Assembly: GCA_034670305.1 (NCBI GenBank)
Contig: JAXMNT010000002.1
Location: forward strand, 96,001 to 160,000
Length of the DNA stretch: 64,000 bases
From: Deltaproteobacteria bacterium
Lineage (GTDB): Bacteria; Myxococcota_A; Polyangia; Polyangiales; Houyiibacteriaceae
Reading direction: 5' to 3'
The notes beneath the pieces are model-generated. The model had not been told where the DNA came from and did not search any database. It was given only the letters and a program-made list of their open reading frames with translations. Positions 1 to 9,477 of this stretch are shown piece after piece; position 1 is the stretch's first letter, and each line of letters begins with the position of its first letter. The translations under genes and the position numbers were made by a program.

Positions 1-2
1 CC

Positions 3-728
3 AGGATCGATCTCAGTCTGTACTCCGATGCGAGCGTGGCGGCGGCTCGGGCCGCGTGGCTCCGGCGCATGGTCGACGAACACCGATCCGCCACCGTCTT
101 CTCGGCGCTGCTCCCGCAAGCGATCGAAGCGGAGGTTCCGCTCGACCTGCAGGGCATCCTCCTGAAGATGGCGCTCGACGAACTGCATCATGGCGTGCTG
201 TGCGGCCGCGTCGTCGAAGCGCTCGGCGGTCAGGCCGCTGCCCGCGTCGCGCAGGCGACCGAGTCCATCGCACTGCATGCCGGTCAGACACCGCTCGTTC
301 GGTTCACCCGGAACTGCCTCTACGCGAGCTGCATCTCGGAGACGGTCAGCGTCTCGCTCACCACCGCGGAGCGGGACGAGACCACGGACCCCTTCGTACG
401 CTCGGTCCTCGATCAGCTGCTCGGGGACGAGGTCACCCACGCACGCTTCGGATGGGTGCAGCTCGGCCTCGCCCGCCCCGCCCTCTCGCCGGACGACTGG
501 GCCGCCGTGGAGGCGTACGTGCCGTTCGCACTGGACCACTACTGGAAGCAGTTGCTCGCCAAACGGTCGACGGAACCCAGCACCCAGGGGGACGAGATCG
601 CACAGCGCAAAGCGCTCGGTCTCGGGTCCAGCGCGTTCTACAACGAGCTCACGCGGGCCACGCTCGAAGAGGTGGTGTTGCCTCAGCTGCAAGCGGCCGG
701 GTTGGACGCGCGCTGGACGCCCGCGTAG
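3..728 (+). CDS. Ferritin-like (di-iron) domain protein, 5'-truncated by the window edge
   Basis: Frame is open from base 3. Ferritin-like E/ExxH pattern: RMVDEHRS, DELHH, ISETVS, DEVTHARFGW. Confidence 0.75.
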   Translation, partial: RIDLSLYSDASVAAARAAWLRRMVDEHRSATVFSALLPQAIEAEVPLDLQGILLKMALDELHHGVLCGRVVEALGGQAAARVAQATESIALHAGQTPLVRFTRNCLYASCISETVSVSLTTAERDETTDPFVRSVLDQLLGDEVTHARFGWVQLGLARPALSPDDWAAVEAYVPFALDHYWKQLLAKRSTEPSTQGDEIAQRKALGLGSSAFYNELTRATLEEVVLPQLQAAGLDARWTPA

Positions 729-774
729 CGTAGCAGGCTGCTGAAGACGCCCGCAGGGCGTTCTCGCAGCCTGC

Positions 775-805
775 CCCTTGCCCCTGCCCTTTGCCCTTGC
801 CCGCG
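775..805 (-). repeat. Hexamer array (CCCTTG-type), left arm of an inverted pair with 1057-1116
   Basis: TGCCCTTGCCCGCG (792-805) is the exact reverse complement of CGCGGGCAAGGGCA (1057-1070). Confidence 0.85.
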
Positions 806-807
806 GA

Positions 808-925
808 TCAGCGGTCAGATCGCTTGATCAGCGCGACGAGCATCACCGACGACCTGCTCAAGGTGGGCGAGAGCCCGTTCGATATTTCTTGGGGGCACAG
901 CCCCCAAGCAATATCGAGGCAGACG
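808..925 (-). pseudogene. Possible frameshifted C-terminal remnant of a four-helix-bundle (IVS/bAvd-like) protein
   Basis: With two compensating 1-nt shifts the minus strand reads CLDIAWGLCPQE/IERALAHLEQVVG/MLVALIKRSDR*. This resembles the last two helices of four-helix-bundle proteins. Pattern recognition only. Confidence 0.35.
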
Positions 926-1007
926 CAAGACACAGCTCGCCGCCTACCTGGCCGGCGCCGCATACAACCTCCTACCCGTCGCGCGGCTGCGGAGCTGCGC
1001 CGCGTAG
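912..1007 (+). pseudogene. IS5-family transposase C-terminal fragment
   Basis: Reads YRGRRKTQLAAYLAGAAYNLLPVARLRSCAA*. RYRG...AAYNL is typical of IS5/IS1182-type DDE transposase C-termini. No upstream transposase sequence. Confidence 0.65.
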
Positions 1008-1059
1008 CACCGACCGATTCGAGGCCTCGCCGTCGCGAAACACACGGCGTCCACGACGC

Positions 1060-1116
1060 GGGCAAGGGCACGGGCAAGGGCACGGGCAAGGGCAACGGCA
1101 AGGGCAACGGCAAGGG
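1060..1116 (+). repeat. (GGGCAA/GGGCAC)n hexamer array
   Basis: Six consecutive GGG-N3 units then degenerate CGGCAA units. First 35 nt are identical to 52133-52167. Confidence 0.9.
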
Positions 1117-1145
1117 AGCAGGTCGTTTTTCAGCGACCTGCTCCC
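1114..1145. terminator. 12-bp stem hairpin just downstream of rluB
   Basis: GGGAGCAGGTCG-TTTTTCAG-CGACCTGCTCCC. Also overlaps the putative right IR. Confidence 0.5.
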
Positions 1146-1151
1146 GAGCGC

Positions 1152-1895
1152 TCAGCGGCCGCGGGTCTTCTTGCCGAGGTACTTCTTGCCGATCTGCTCG
1201 AGCTCTTTCTCGTTCAGCGGCCGGTACTGACCCGGACGAAGTCCTTCGACGGTGATGCCCGCGAAGCTCTGTCGGACGAGCCGCATGACGCGGTGTCCAA
1301 GCGCATCGCCCATGCGGTGGATCTGACGGTTCTTGCCCTCTTTGAGCGTGATGCTCAGCCAGGTCGTCTTGGCCTCCGAACGGTGCACGAACACCTCGGC
1401 CGGCTTCGTCACGTAGCCATCGTCGAGCGTCACGCCCTGCCGAAGTTTGCCGAGCGCATCGAGCGCCACGTTGCCCTGGACCTTCGCGAGGTACGTCTTC
1501 GGCACCCCGCGCTTCGGACGCAACAGCCCGTCGGTGAACGCGCCGTCGTTGGTCAGCAGCAGCACGCCGCTCGTGTGGTAATCGAGCCGGCCGACCGGGT
1601 GCACCGATTCTTCGAGCCGCTTGACGATGCCCGAGAGCGACGCGCGCTCCTCCGGATCGTCCAGGGTGCAGACCATCTCGCGGGGCTTGTGAAGCACGTA
1701 GTACGCCCGCTTCTCACGCACGACCCGGCGGCCGTCGAGCTCGATCTTGTCGGACCGGCCGTCGACCTTGACGCCCATCTCCGTAACGACCTTGCCGTTG
1801 ACGCGCACGCGGCCAGCGAGGATCAGCTCCTCGCATTTGCGGCGCGACGCCACGCCGGCGTTCGCGAGTACTTTCTGGAGTCGTTCGAGGCGCAT
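1152..1895 (-). CDS. rluB: rRNA pseudouridine synthase (RluB/RsuA family)
   Basis: S4 domain (ERLQKVLANAGVASRRKCEELI), catalytic GRLD motif, EGKNRQIHRM. Confidence 0.85.
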   Translation of the reverse strand: MRLERLQKVLANAGVASRRKCEELILAGRVRVNGKVVTEMGVKVDGRSDKIELDGRRVVREKRAYYVLHKPREMVCTLDDPEERASLSGIVKRLEESVHPVGRLDYHTSGVLLLTNDGAFTDGLLRPKRGVPKTYLAKVQGNVALDALGKLRQGVTLDDGYVTKPAEVFVHRSEAKTTWLSITLKEGKNRQIHRMGDALGHRVMRLVRQSFAGITVEGLRPGQYRPLNEKELEQIGKKYLGKKTRGR

Positions 1896-1957
1896 CGCCC
1901 GTGCCTAGCACGCGCCGCCGGAGCCTGTCAGGCGCCCGCGTCGGGGCCGTACAACGC

Positions 1958-2686
1958 TCAGCCTTCGGCGGCTTCGCCTTCGGCAGCCTCGGCTGCGTCC
2001 TCGGCGACCTGTTCCGCCTGCTCGCGGGCGGCATCCGCCTCGCGGGCGCGCAGCCATTCGGCATCTCGGTCCCAGCGGTCGACCCGTCCGTCGCCGTCGA
2101 TGTCCGTCCCCATGCGGACCATGCGACCCTCTTCGTAGTACTCCCAACGATCCGGGTGCCAGTTGTTCGCGTCGCTCCGACCCGCCATGTCCCGCTCCGC
2201 CCGGACCGGTCGGCCACCTTCGAAGAAGATCTTCTGATCGACCCGGCCGTCGTGGTTCATGTCGAGCTCTTGGCGAACGATGCGGCCATGTTCGAAGAAC
2301 GTGATCTCGTCCATGCCGCCGTCGAAGTCGCGGTCGGCTTCTTCGCGCATCGGCCGGCCTTCGTCGTTGTAGAACCGCACCACGTCTTTGGTGCCGTCGC
2401 CGTTCAGGTCCGCTTCGCGGCACACCAGGACGAGTCGGGCCAACCGACCGGTGCCGATGGTGAGGAACACCTTCCGGACATCCGGGTACTCGTCGCCCGA
2501 CGTGTCGTACTCGCTCACCTCGCGGTTCGGAGCGTCGGCGTCGCAGCGGCTGTTCTCTTCGCCGCGCTCCCCGCCGGAGGTCTCGGCACTTCGCGCATGG
2601 GTCGGCCGGTTGTTCCGCTCGTCTTCTTCACTCGAACAACCGAATCCCACCGCGAGGCAGAGCATCACCATCAGTGCGCGCGTCAT
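1958..2686 (-). CDS. Lipoprotein with repeated Dx[DN]xDG motifs
   Basis: Lipobox-like GFGC after MTRALMVMLCLAV. Motifs DTSGD, DLNGDG, DRDFDG, DMNHDG, DIDGDG. ATGA overlap with the upstream gene. Confidence 0.8.
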   Translation of the reverse strand: MTRALMVMLCLAVGFGCSSEEDERNNRPTHARSAETSGGERGEENSRCDADAPNREVSEYDTSGDEYPDVRKVFLTIGTGRLARLVLVCREADLNGDGTKDVVRFYNDEGRPMREEADRDFDGGMDEITFFEHGRIVRQELDMNHDGRVDQKIFFEGGRPVRAERDMAGRSDANNWHPDRWEYYEEGRMVRMGTDIDGDGRVDRWDRDAEWLRAREADAAREQAEQVAEDAAEAAEGEAAEG

Positions 2687-3549
2687 TCCGAACCCTCTTC
2701 TTCCTCGGTCACATCGCTCGCGCCGGCCCACGGGGCGTCGTCGCCTTCGGTCGTGCCTTCGCCCTCGGTCCCCTCGGCGGGCACCGTCCCGTTCTGGGGT
2801 TCGCCCGCAGGCGGGGCCGGCGGCGCAGCTTCTTCCGGTTCTTCGTCCGGCAGGACGGAGCACCCGAGTCGGTCCTCCGCCTGACCGGCCTGGTCGGCGG
2901 GGATCTCTTCGGCCCGATCCGGCTGGCCGTCGCGGTCGGTGTCGTATCGAACTTCCGTCAGACGGCCGTTCTGGAAGACTTCCCACTTCTCGGGCTGGCC
3001 ATCGTTGTTGTCGTCGTAGCGTGCTTCGGTGAGGTAGCCGCGCTCGTAGACTTCCCACGTGTCGACGTCGCCGTCGTTCGTGCGGTCGCGTTCGGCCCGC
3101 GAAACCCTGCCTTCTTCACACCACATCCACGTGTCGATGCGGCTGTTGAAGTTGGTGTCGAGCTCTTTGCGGCTCAGGTCGCCCGCTTCGAAGTACGCGA
3201 TCTGGTCCATGCGACCGTCGAAGTCGAAGTCGTGTTCTTCGCGAATCGGCGTCTGTCCATCCGCGTCGTAGAACCGCGTGACGTCGGTGCGGCCATCGAA
3301 GTTCATGTCGATCTCGGTGCAGATCCGGGTCCCGTTGGACATCACGTGGCGGATGTCCGGGGTGCCGTCGTTGTTGACGTCGGTGGCCAGCTCTTCGCCC
3401 CGCCCCACGCACGCCTCACGCACCGAGATGTCGCCCCGCGACCCCTGCAGCACTTCGTTCTGTTCACCGATGCCGGAGCCCTCGTTCGACCCGCCACAGG
3501 CGATCAGCCCCATCAGACACAGAAAAACCGAATAATTACGCATACTCAT
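2683..3549 (-). CDS. Lipoprotein with repeated Dx[DN]xDG motifs (paralog of the downstream gene)
   Basis: Lipobox LIAC. Roughly 22-aa repeats with DVNNDG, DMNFDG, DFDFDG, DRTNDG, DDNNDG, DTDRDG. Acidic/Pro tail. Start could be 3543. Confidence 0.8.
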   Translation of the reverse strand: MSMRNYSVFLCLMGLIACGGSNEGSGIGEQNEVLQGSRGDISVREACVGRGEELATDVNNDGTPDIRHVMSNGTRICTEIDMNFDGRTDVTRFYDADGQTPIREEHDFDFDGRMDQIAYFEAGDLSRKELDTNFNSRIDTWMWCEEGRVSRAERDRTNDGDVDTWEVYERGYLTEARYDDNNDGQPEKWEVFQNGRLTEVRYDTDRDGQPDRAEEIPADQAGQAEDRLGCSVLPDEEPEEAAPPAPPAGEPQNGTVPAEGTEGEGTTEGDDAPWAGASDVTEEEEGSE

Positions 3550-3745
3550 TCCAGCTGTCTCGAGTGCGCCGAAGGACTCGGCACCGGGGTGTTTTGGACG
3601 GACCCATCCGGACGCGCCCCCCGTTCGCCGGAGCTTAACCGCGCCTTGTCCCTTGGGGCAACCGCCCACTGCAAGGACCCTCCTTCGGTGTTTCCATCGG
3701 CGCCAAATGGGTCGGCCTTTTTGTCACCGCGGCCGGTCCCGTTGT

Positions 3746-3774
3746 TTGACCACATACATGGTGCCATGTAGCTT
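3746..3774 (+). promoter_or_regulatory. Sigma70-type promoter with a palindromic operator in the spacer
   Basis: TTGACC-17 nt-TAGCTT. TACATGG-TG-CCATGTA inverted repeat at 3755-3770. Confidence 0.65.
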
Positions 3775-3811
3775 CACCCGGCGGAGGGTCGCCCTCCCGG
3801 AAACAAGCACG

Positions 3812-3988
3812 ATGGCACGCAAGAAGATCTCGACGACGGTCTACATCACTCCTGAGCAGAACGAGAAGTTGAAGCTGCTCCATGAACGCACGAAGGTGCC
3901 GGTCGCGGTCTACATCCGCGAAGGCATCGATCTGGTGCTGGCGAAACACGAAGACCAGTTGCCCGGCCAACTCTCGCTCGAGACCTGA
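3812..3988 (+). CDS. Small ribbon-helix-helix DNA-binding protein (RHH_3 type; CdbA/CdbB-like family)
   Basis: MARKKISTTVYITPEQNEKLKLLHERTKVPVAVYIREGIDLVL: beta-strand followed by two helices, 58 aa. Confidence 0.85.
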   Translation: MARKKISTTVYITPEQNEKLKLLHERTKVPVAVYIREGIDLVLAKHEDQLPGQLSLET

Positions 3989-4035
3989 CGCGCGCGCTCG
4001 CATTCGTTCAGGGGAGGTGCTAGCTCAGCGCCCCC

Positions 4036-5844
4036 ATGTCGTCGTTTCCCCGTCAGCGCATCCGCAACTTCGCGATCATCGCGCACATCGATCACGGCAA
4101 GTCCACCCTGGCCGACCGAATCCTCGATGTCACCGGCGCCATCACGAAACGAGAGCAGAAGGAACAACTGCTCGATCGGATGGAACTCGAGCAGGAGCGC
4201 GGCATCACGATCAAGGCGCAGAGCGTCCGGCTCCCCTTCAAGGCGGCCGACGGGGAGCTCTACCAGCTCAACCTGATCGACACCCCCGGACACGTGGACT
4301 TCTCGTACGAGGTCTCCCGCTCACTCGCCGCCTGCGACGGAGCGCTGCTCGTCGTGGACGCGACCCAGGGGGTGGAAGCGCAGACCCTCGCGAACGTGTA
4401 CCTGGCGCTCGAGAACGACCTCGAAATCATCCCCGTGTTCAACAAGATCGACCTGCCGAGCGCAGACGTCGATCGGGTGAAGCGGGAAGTCGAAGAAGTG
4501 ATCGGCCTCGACGTCGACGAGCTGCTCGCGTGCAGCGGCAAGACCGGCGCCGGCGTACACGAGATCCTCGAAGCCATCGTACGGCGGGTGCCGCCCCCGA
4601 AGACGGACTATGAGGAGGGCCCGCTTCGCGCCCTGCTCTTCGACAGCTGGTACGACGCGTACCGCGGCGCGATGGGCATGATCCGCGTGGTCGACGGCAC
4701 CATCCGCAAGGGCGACAAGATCAAGATGATGGCGACGCGCGCCGAGTACGAAGTCACCGAGCTCGGCGTCTATTCTCCGTGGCCCGTGGCCGTGGACCAC
4801 CTCGCACCGGGCGAGGTCGGGTTCTTCGCCGCCTCGATCAAGTCGATCACCGACACCAAAGTCGGCGACACCATCACCAAACTCCACGACCAAGCCCCTG
4901 AAGCGCTCAAGGGGTTCCAAGACGTCAAACCGATGGTCTTCTGCGGCGTGTTCCCCACCGACAGCGACCAATACCCGGAGCTCCGGGACGCGCTCGACAA
5001 ACTGCGCTTGAACGACGCGGCGCTCTTCTTCGAGCCCGAGAGCTCGGACGCGCTGGGCTTCGGCTTTCGCTGTGGCTTCCTCGGTCTGCTGCACATGGAG
5101 ATCGTCCAGGAGCGGCTCGAGCGCGAGTACAACCTCGATCTCATCACGACGGCGCCGAGCGTCGTCTACCACGTGCACTTGATCTCGGGCGAAGTCATCA
5201 ACGTGGAGAACCCCTCGCGTCTGCCCGATGCCGGGGAGATCGCGAAGATCGAAGAGCCGTACTTCAAGGTGCAGATCCATGTGCCGAGCAGCTTCGTCGG
5301 CCCGGTCCTCAAGCTCTGCCAGGAGCGCCGCGGCGAGCAGACCGGCTTGCAGTACTCGAGCACCGACCGAGTCGTGATCACCTACGAGCTACCGCTCGCC
5401 GAAGTGCTCTACGACTTCTACGACAAGCTCAAGAGCGCGACCAAGGGCTACGCGTCCATGGACTACGAGCTCAGCAGCTACCGCGAGAACAAACTCGTGC
5501 GCCTCGACATGCTCATCAACGGCGACCGACTCGATGCGCTCAGCGCCATCGTGCACAAGTCGAACGCGTTCTTCATCGGCCGCGAGCTCGCCAAACGGCT
5601 CAAGGGCATCGTGCCGCGGCAACAGTTCGAGGTCGCGATCCAGGCCGCGATCGGAAGCAAGATCGTGGCGCGCGAATCGGTGCGGGCGCTCCGAAAGGAC
5701 GTCACGGCCAAGTGCTACGGCGGCGACATCAGCCGCAAGCGCAAGCTCTTGCAGAAGCAGAAAGAAGGCAAGAAGCGGATGAAGTCGGTCGGCAAGGTCG
5801 ACATCCCGCAGGCCGCCTTCCACGCCATCCTCACCGTCGACTGA
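4036..5844 (+). CDS. lepA: Elongation factor 4
   Basis: [30 protein letters not shown]-terminal [14 protein letters not shown]. Confidence 0.98.
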   Translation: MSSFPRQRIRNFAIIAHIDHGKSTLADRILDVTGAITKREQKEQLLDRMELEQERGITIKAQSVRLPFKAADGELYQLNLIDTPGHVDFSYEVSRSLAACDGALLVVDATQGVEAQTLANVYLALENDLEIIPVFNKIDLPSADVDRVKREVEEVIGLDVDELLACSGKTGAGVHEILEAIVRRVPPPKTDYEEGPLRALLFDSWYDAYRGAMGMIRVVDGTIRKGDKIKMMATRAEYEVTELGVYSPWPVAVDHLAPGEVGFFAASIKSITDTKVGDTITKLHDQAPEALKGFQDVKPMVFCGVFPTDSDQYPELRDALDKLRLNDAALFFEPESSDALGFGFRCGFLGLLHMEIVQERLEREYNLDLITTAPSVVYHVHLISGEVINVENPSRLPDAGEIAKIEEPYFKVQIHVPSSFVGPVLKLCQERRGEQTGLQYSSTDRVVITYELPLAEVLYDFYDKLKSATKGYASMDYELSSYRENKLVRLDMLINGDRLDALSAIVHKSNAFFIGRELAKRLKGIVPRQQFEVAIQAAIGSKIVARESVRALRKDVTAKCYGGDISRKRKLLQKQKEGKKRMKSVGKVDIPQAAFHAILTVD

Positions 5845-5853
5845 CGCATCCGC

Positions 5854-6882
5854 TCAGCGGATGATGGGGACGACCACCTCGCTCGGATCGGATTCGATCC
5901 GCAGTCGGACTTCGCGCTCGGCGACGACCCGCCCGCAGGAACGAAGGCGCACCATCAGCGTTTGATCGCGGTTCGCGGGCACCTGAAAGAAGCCCACCTC
6001 GGCTCCCCCGATCAGGTCCCCAGCCGGCGGCGCAGTCTCGAGCAGGTAGACTCCGTCGAGCCGGAGTTCGACCGCATCGAACTCGTCGCGGGTGTACTCC
6101 GTTCGGAGGGTCACCTGGAGCGGCGCCGCGTCGTCTACGCACTCGAGCGAGCGGGGGTCGCAGGCGCCATCGCAGAACCCGAGCCCCGCCTCGCACGCAC
6201 ACTCGCCCCGAACCCGCACCACCGCCGCACAGCCGAACGGCGGTGGGCCCATGCAAGGCTCTGGAGCGAGACAATCGCACTCGCTTTCGTCCGGCCGACA
6301 GACGCCATCGGCGCACACTTCGCCACTGGGGCAGTCCGCGTCGTCGGGAACCGGCACGCATGCGCACGAGTGGCACTCGATCGCGCCGCACTCGGCCGAG
6401 GGGCAATCGCTGTCGCTGAAACACGCGCACTCGCCGCAGCGGGTCGGATCGATCTCACACTCGTCGCGGCACGCCCCGCCCACGCACACCTCGCCCATGG
6501 GACAACCGCCGAGGCAGCCGCCCCGGAAACTGAACCGAAGCGTCGCGTTGGCGGTGTAGGTGCCGTTGGTCGCGTCCGTCGCGAGCTCGGTGCCGCGGCT
6601 GTCGTGCAAACTCACGACCACCAGATGCGTGCCCGACTCGACGGTCAGTGGCGGCACCGCGGCGCCCATCAGATAGAAGCCCTCGGGCACCCCGTCGAAC
6701 ACGACCACCCCGTCGATCGAGACTCGGACGCGCGCGGTCACATCCGCGAGCGCCCGGTCCGTCTCGACCACCACGGTCAACGCGATGTCCCCCTCGATGA
6801 TGGGGGTCTGCGTACGTGCGCAGCTGGACGCGAGGACGAGGAGAGACGAGAGAACGAGAGGGGGCGAAAGGCAGCGGCGCAT
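5854..6882 (-). CDS. Cys-rich lipoprotein, uncharacterised
   Basis: Signal/lipobox LVLASSC and a central Cys-rich repeat region (CPMGEVCVGGAC, CPSGEVCADGVC). Confidence 0.7.
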   Translation of the reverse strand: MRRCLSPPLVLSSLLVLASSCARTQTPIIEGDIALTVVVETDRALADVTARVRVSIDGVVVFDGVPEGFYLMGAAVPPLTVESGTHLVVVSLHDSRGTELATDATNGTYTANATLRFSFRGGCLGGCPMGEVCVGGACRDECEIDPTRCGECACFSDSDCPSAECGAIECHSCACVPVPDDADCPSGEVCADGVCRPDESECDCLAPEPCMGPPPFGCAAVVRVRGECACEAGLGFCDGACDPRSLECVDDAAPLQVTLRTEYTRDEFDAVELRLDGVYLLETAPPAGDLIGGAEVGFFQVPANRDQTLMVRLRSCGRVVAEREVRLRIESDPSEVVVPIIR

Positions 6883-6961
6883 TGGATCAGAGGATACCAG
6901 CTGTCCGAAGCGGTGGCCGAAGCCGAAGCCGATGGCGAAGAGCGGCCGACACGACCCGCGT

Positions 6962-7483
6962 TCAGTCGGTCAGCAGTCGGTAGTCGGCGGCTTTCTTCAC
7001 GTAGTGCGCGGCGCCGTCGCCCATGCGCTCGAGTTCTTCCGGAGTGAGCGGGCGTTTCACTTTCGCGGGGCGGCCGACGGCGAGCATGCCGCTCGGGATG
7101 ACGGTGCGGGCGGTCACGAGGGAGCCGGCGCCGATCAACACGTCATCGCCGATGTCGGCGGCATCGAGCACGATCGTGCCCATGCCGATGAGGACGCGGT
7201 TGCCGAGTTTGCAGCCGTGGAGGATCACCCCGTGCCCGACCACGCAGTCTTCGCCGACGGTCGTCGCGTGCCACCCGTCGGTGGCGTGCACGACCGAGTT
7301 GTCTTGGATGGAGGTGCGCGCGCCGATCCGGATCGGCATCACGTCGCCACGCAGGGTCGATCCGAACCAGATCGAGGCTTGCGCGCCGACGACCACGTCC
7401 CCGATGAGGCTGGTGTTGGGAGCGACGAACGCGTCGTCGGCGATCACGGGGGCGTGGTCGCCATAGGGAAGCAGGACCTTCAT
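6962..7483 (-). CDS. Gamma-carbonic anhydrase family protein (YrdA/PaaY-like)
   Basis: LRGD, IQDNSVVH and VGHGVILHGC carry the three His ligands. Hexapeptide repeats. ATGA overlap with the vanZ-like gene. Confidence 0.92.
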   Translation of the reverse strand: MKVLLPYGDHAPVIADDAFVAPNTSLIGDVVVGAQASIWFGSTLRGDVMPIRIGARTSIQDNSVVHATDGWHATTVGEDCVVGHGVILHGCKLGNRVLIGMGTIVLDAADIGDDVLIGAGSLVTARTVIPSGMLAVGRPAKVKRPLTPEELERMGDGAAHYVKKAADYRLLTD

Positions 7484-7941
7484 GTCATCTCCTTGGTCTC
7501 CGGTAGCGCGGAGCTGGGTGTCTCTTCGGCGATCTCCGCAGCGCGTGCGCGACGCGCCGCGAACCACCGGAGGAGCCCGCGTGCAGAAGCACCGGTGGTC
7601 GCGCCGATGGCGTCCGCGAGCAGGTCGAGGTGGTCGGCGGAGCGACCGGGCACGAACGCTTGGTGGAACTCGTCCGAGAGGCCCCACGCGGTCGCGAGGA
7701 ACGCGCCGAGCGCCAACGTCCGGAACGGATGGCGCTGCGGCCAAGTGTTCAGAGTCGCGTGCGCGCAGAGGAAGCCGAGCGCGGCGTACTCCACGAAGTG
7801 CACGCCTTTGTCCTGGAACGGGAACGCCCGGATCGAAGGCGCGTCGATGGCGAAGGACGAGAGCGCGAAGATGAGCCCCATGTACAGGAACGCGGGCATC
7901 CAGTGCAGCCACCACCGTGGCGGCAGACCTGCGCCCTTCAC
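7480..7941 (-). CDS. VanZ-family membrane protein
   Basis: DKGVHFVEYAALG, SDEFHQAFVPGRSADHLDLLADAIG. Confidence 0.88.
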   Translation of the reverse strand: MKGAGLPPRWWLHWMPAFLYMGLIFALSSFAIDAPSIRAFPFQDKGVHFVEYAALGFLCAHATLNTWPQRHPFRTLALGAFLATAWGLSDEFHQAFVPGRSADHLDLLADAIGATTGASARGLLRWFAARRARAAEIAEETPSSALPETKEMT

Positions 7942-9383
7942 GAAGGATCCGCGGCTGGCCCCTCCGAGAGGAGCGGCAGTTTGCGGCGCTTGCGGGGCTG
8001 CGCGCGTTCCGGCAACGACGCGCCGGCCATCACCCCAAGCAAACTGTGCTGGAACGCTTTCTCGATGGTGACCTCGACGATGGTGCCGGTGGGGTCCACG
8101 CCCTTGGGCGCTTCGACGTGCACGATCTCGTGCCGGGCGCTGCGGCCGCTGAAGCGGTGAACGCTCGCGTCGTTCGGACCTTCGATCAGCACCTGCTGCG
8201 TGGTGCCGACGAGCGCGTTCAGATGCGCGGTCTGCTGCTCGGCGACCACCTCGAAGAGCGCCTGGATGCGCGCGGACTTCGTCTCTTCCGGCACGTCGTC
8301 GCCCATCTTCTGCGCGGGCGTGAACGGGCGCTCCGAGTACTTGAAGCAGAACGCGGCCACGAAGCCTGCGTCCCGCACCAGCTGCAGCGTCTCTTCGAAG
8401 TCGGCATCCGTCTCGCCCGGAAACCCGACGATGAGATCCGTCGAGAGCGTCAGCCCGGGCGCCGCCGCTTGCAGCGCACGCACCCGCTCGAGGTACTCCG
8501 CGCTCGTGTAGCGCCGCGACATGCGCCGGAGCACCGCATCGGATCCGGACTGCACCGGGAGATGCACGTGGCGCGGCAAGATCGCGAGGTCGCCATGCGC
8601 AGCGATGAGCTCGGGCGTCAGGTGCCGCGGGTGAGGCGAGGTGTACCGAAGGCGCGCGAGCTCCGGCACCTCCTCGGCGATGCGCCGCAGGAGCAGCGCG
8701 AACCGGCTGCCGCTCGGCGCGGTGCGGCTGGTCGGTTTGTGATCGGCTTCGCTCGGGTCGAACCAGCTGTTCACGGTCTGACCGAGCAAGGTGACCTCGC
8801 GCACCCCACCTGCCGCCAGACCGGAGATCTCTTCGAGGATCTCATCCGCGGGCCGGTAGCGCTCCGCGCCTCGGGTGGTCGGCACGATGCAGAACGTACA
8901 CCGCTCGTCGCAGCCCTTCATCACAGTGACGAACGCGGTCACCTCGCGGCCGATGCCGCGGGGCCGCGCGACGAGGAACTGGGGATCCTGCAGATCGAAC
9001 TCGGTCCGCACGCTCGGCGGCGCGCCACCGTCTTGGAGGCGCAGCAGCTCCGGCAGCTCTGGGATGTTGTCCGGTCCGAGCACGAGGTCCACCAGGTCCG
9101 AACGGCTCAGGAGCCGTTCTCCTTCCTGCTGGGCCACACAACCGGCCACCGCGATGGTCAGGTGCGGTTTGGCTTCCTTGAGCGGCCGCAGCCGGCCGAG
9201 CAGGCTCATGAGCTTGTGTTCGGCCTTCTCGCGCACGCTGCAAGTGTTCACCACGACCACATCGGCGTCGTAGGCGTCCTCGGTCGAGGCGTACCCCTCC
9301 CGCTCGAGCACCTCCTCGATCCTTCGAGAGTCGTGCACGTTCATCTGACACCCGAAGGTCTGAACGATGTACTTGCCAGCCAC
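7938..9383 (-). CDS. miaB: tRNA-i6A37 methylthiotransferase
   Basis: TFGCQMNVHDS, NTCSVRE, radical-SAM CDERCTFC, C-terminal TRAM domain. Confidence 0.96.
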   Translation of the reverse strand: MAGKYIVQTFGCQMNVHDSRRIEEVLEREGYASTEDAYDADVVVVNTCSVREKAEHKLMSLLGRLRPLKEAKPHLTIAVAGCVAQQEGERLLSRSDLVDLVLGPDNIPELPELLRLQDGGAPPSVRTEFDLQDPQFLVARPRGIGREVTAFVTVMKGCDERCTFCIVPTTRGAERYRPADEILEEISGLAAGGVREVTLLGQTVNSWFDPSEADHKPTSRTAPSGSRFALLLRRIAEEVPELARLRYTSPHPRHLTPELIAAHGDLAILPRHVHLPVQSGSDAVLRRMSRRYTSAEYLERVRALQAAAPGLTLSTDLIVGFPGETDADFEETLQLVRDAGFVAAFCFKYSERPFTPAQKMGDDVPEETKSARIQALFEVVAEQQTAHLNALVGTTQQVLIEGPNDASVHRFSGRSARHEIVHVEAPKGVDPTGTIVEVTIEKAFQHSLLGVMAGASLPERAQPRKRRKLPLLSEGPAADPS

Positions 9384-9477
9384 GGCCGCTTCTTAGCCGT
9401 TCTCCCATGCAGGCGCACCCCCAGCCGCGGCACACGGTTTCATCAACGAAGTACTGGAAAGCTGCTATGAAGTAGGC

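Larger units (their letters stand above)
732..1143. mobile_element. Degenerate IS5-like/MITE-like composite remnant
   Basis: Imperfect terminal IRs: AGCAGGCTGCTGAAGA at 732-747 versus AGCAGGTCGCTGAAAA (reverse complement of ~1127-1142). Contains a transposase-like C-terminal fragment and inverted hexamer arrays. Confidence 0.55.

Noticed and set aside
5845-6961. Absence of lepB after lepA (and of coaX after birA) as gene loss
   Set aside because: These genes may lie elsewhere in the genome. Not assessable from one window.
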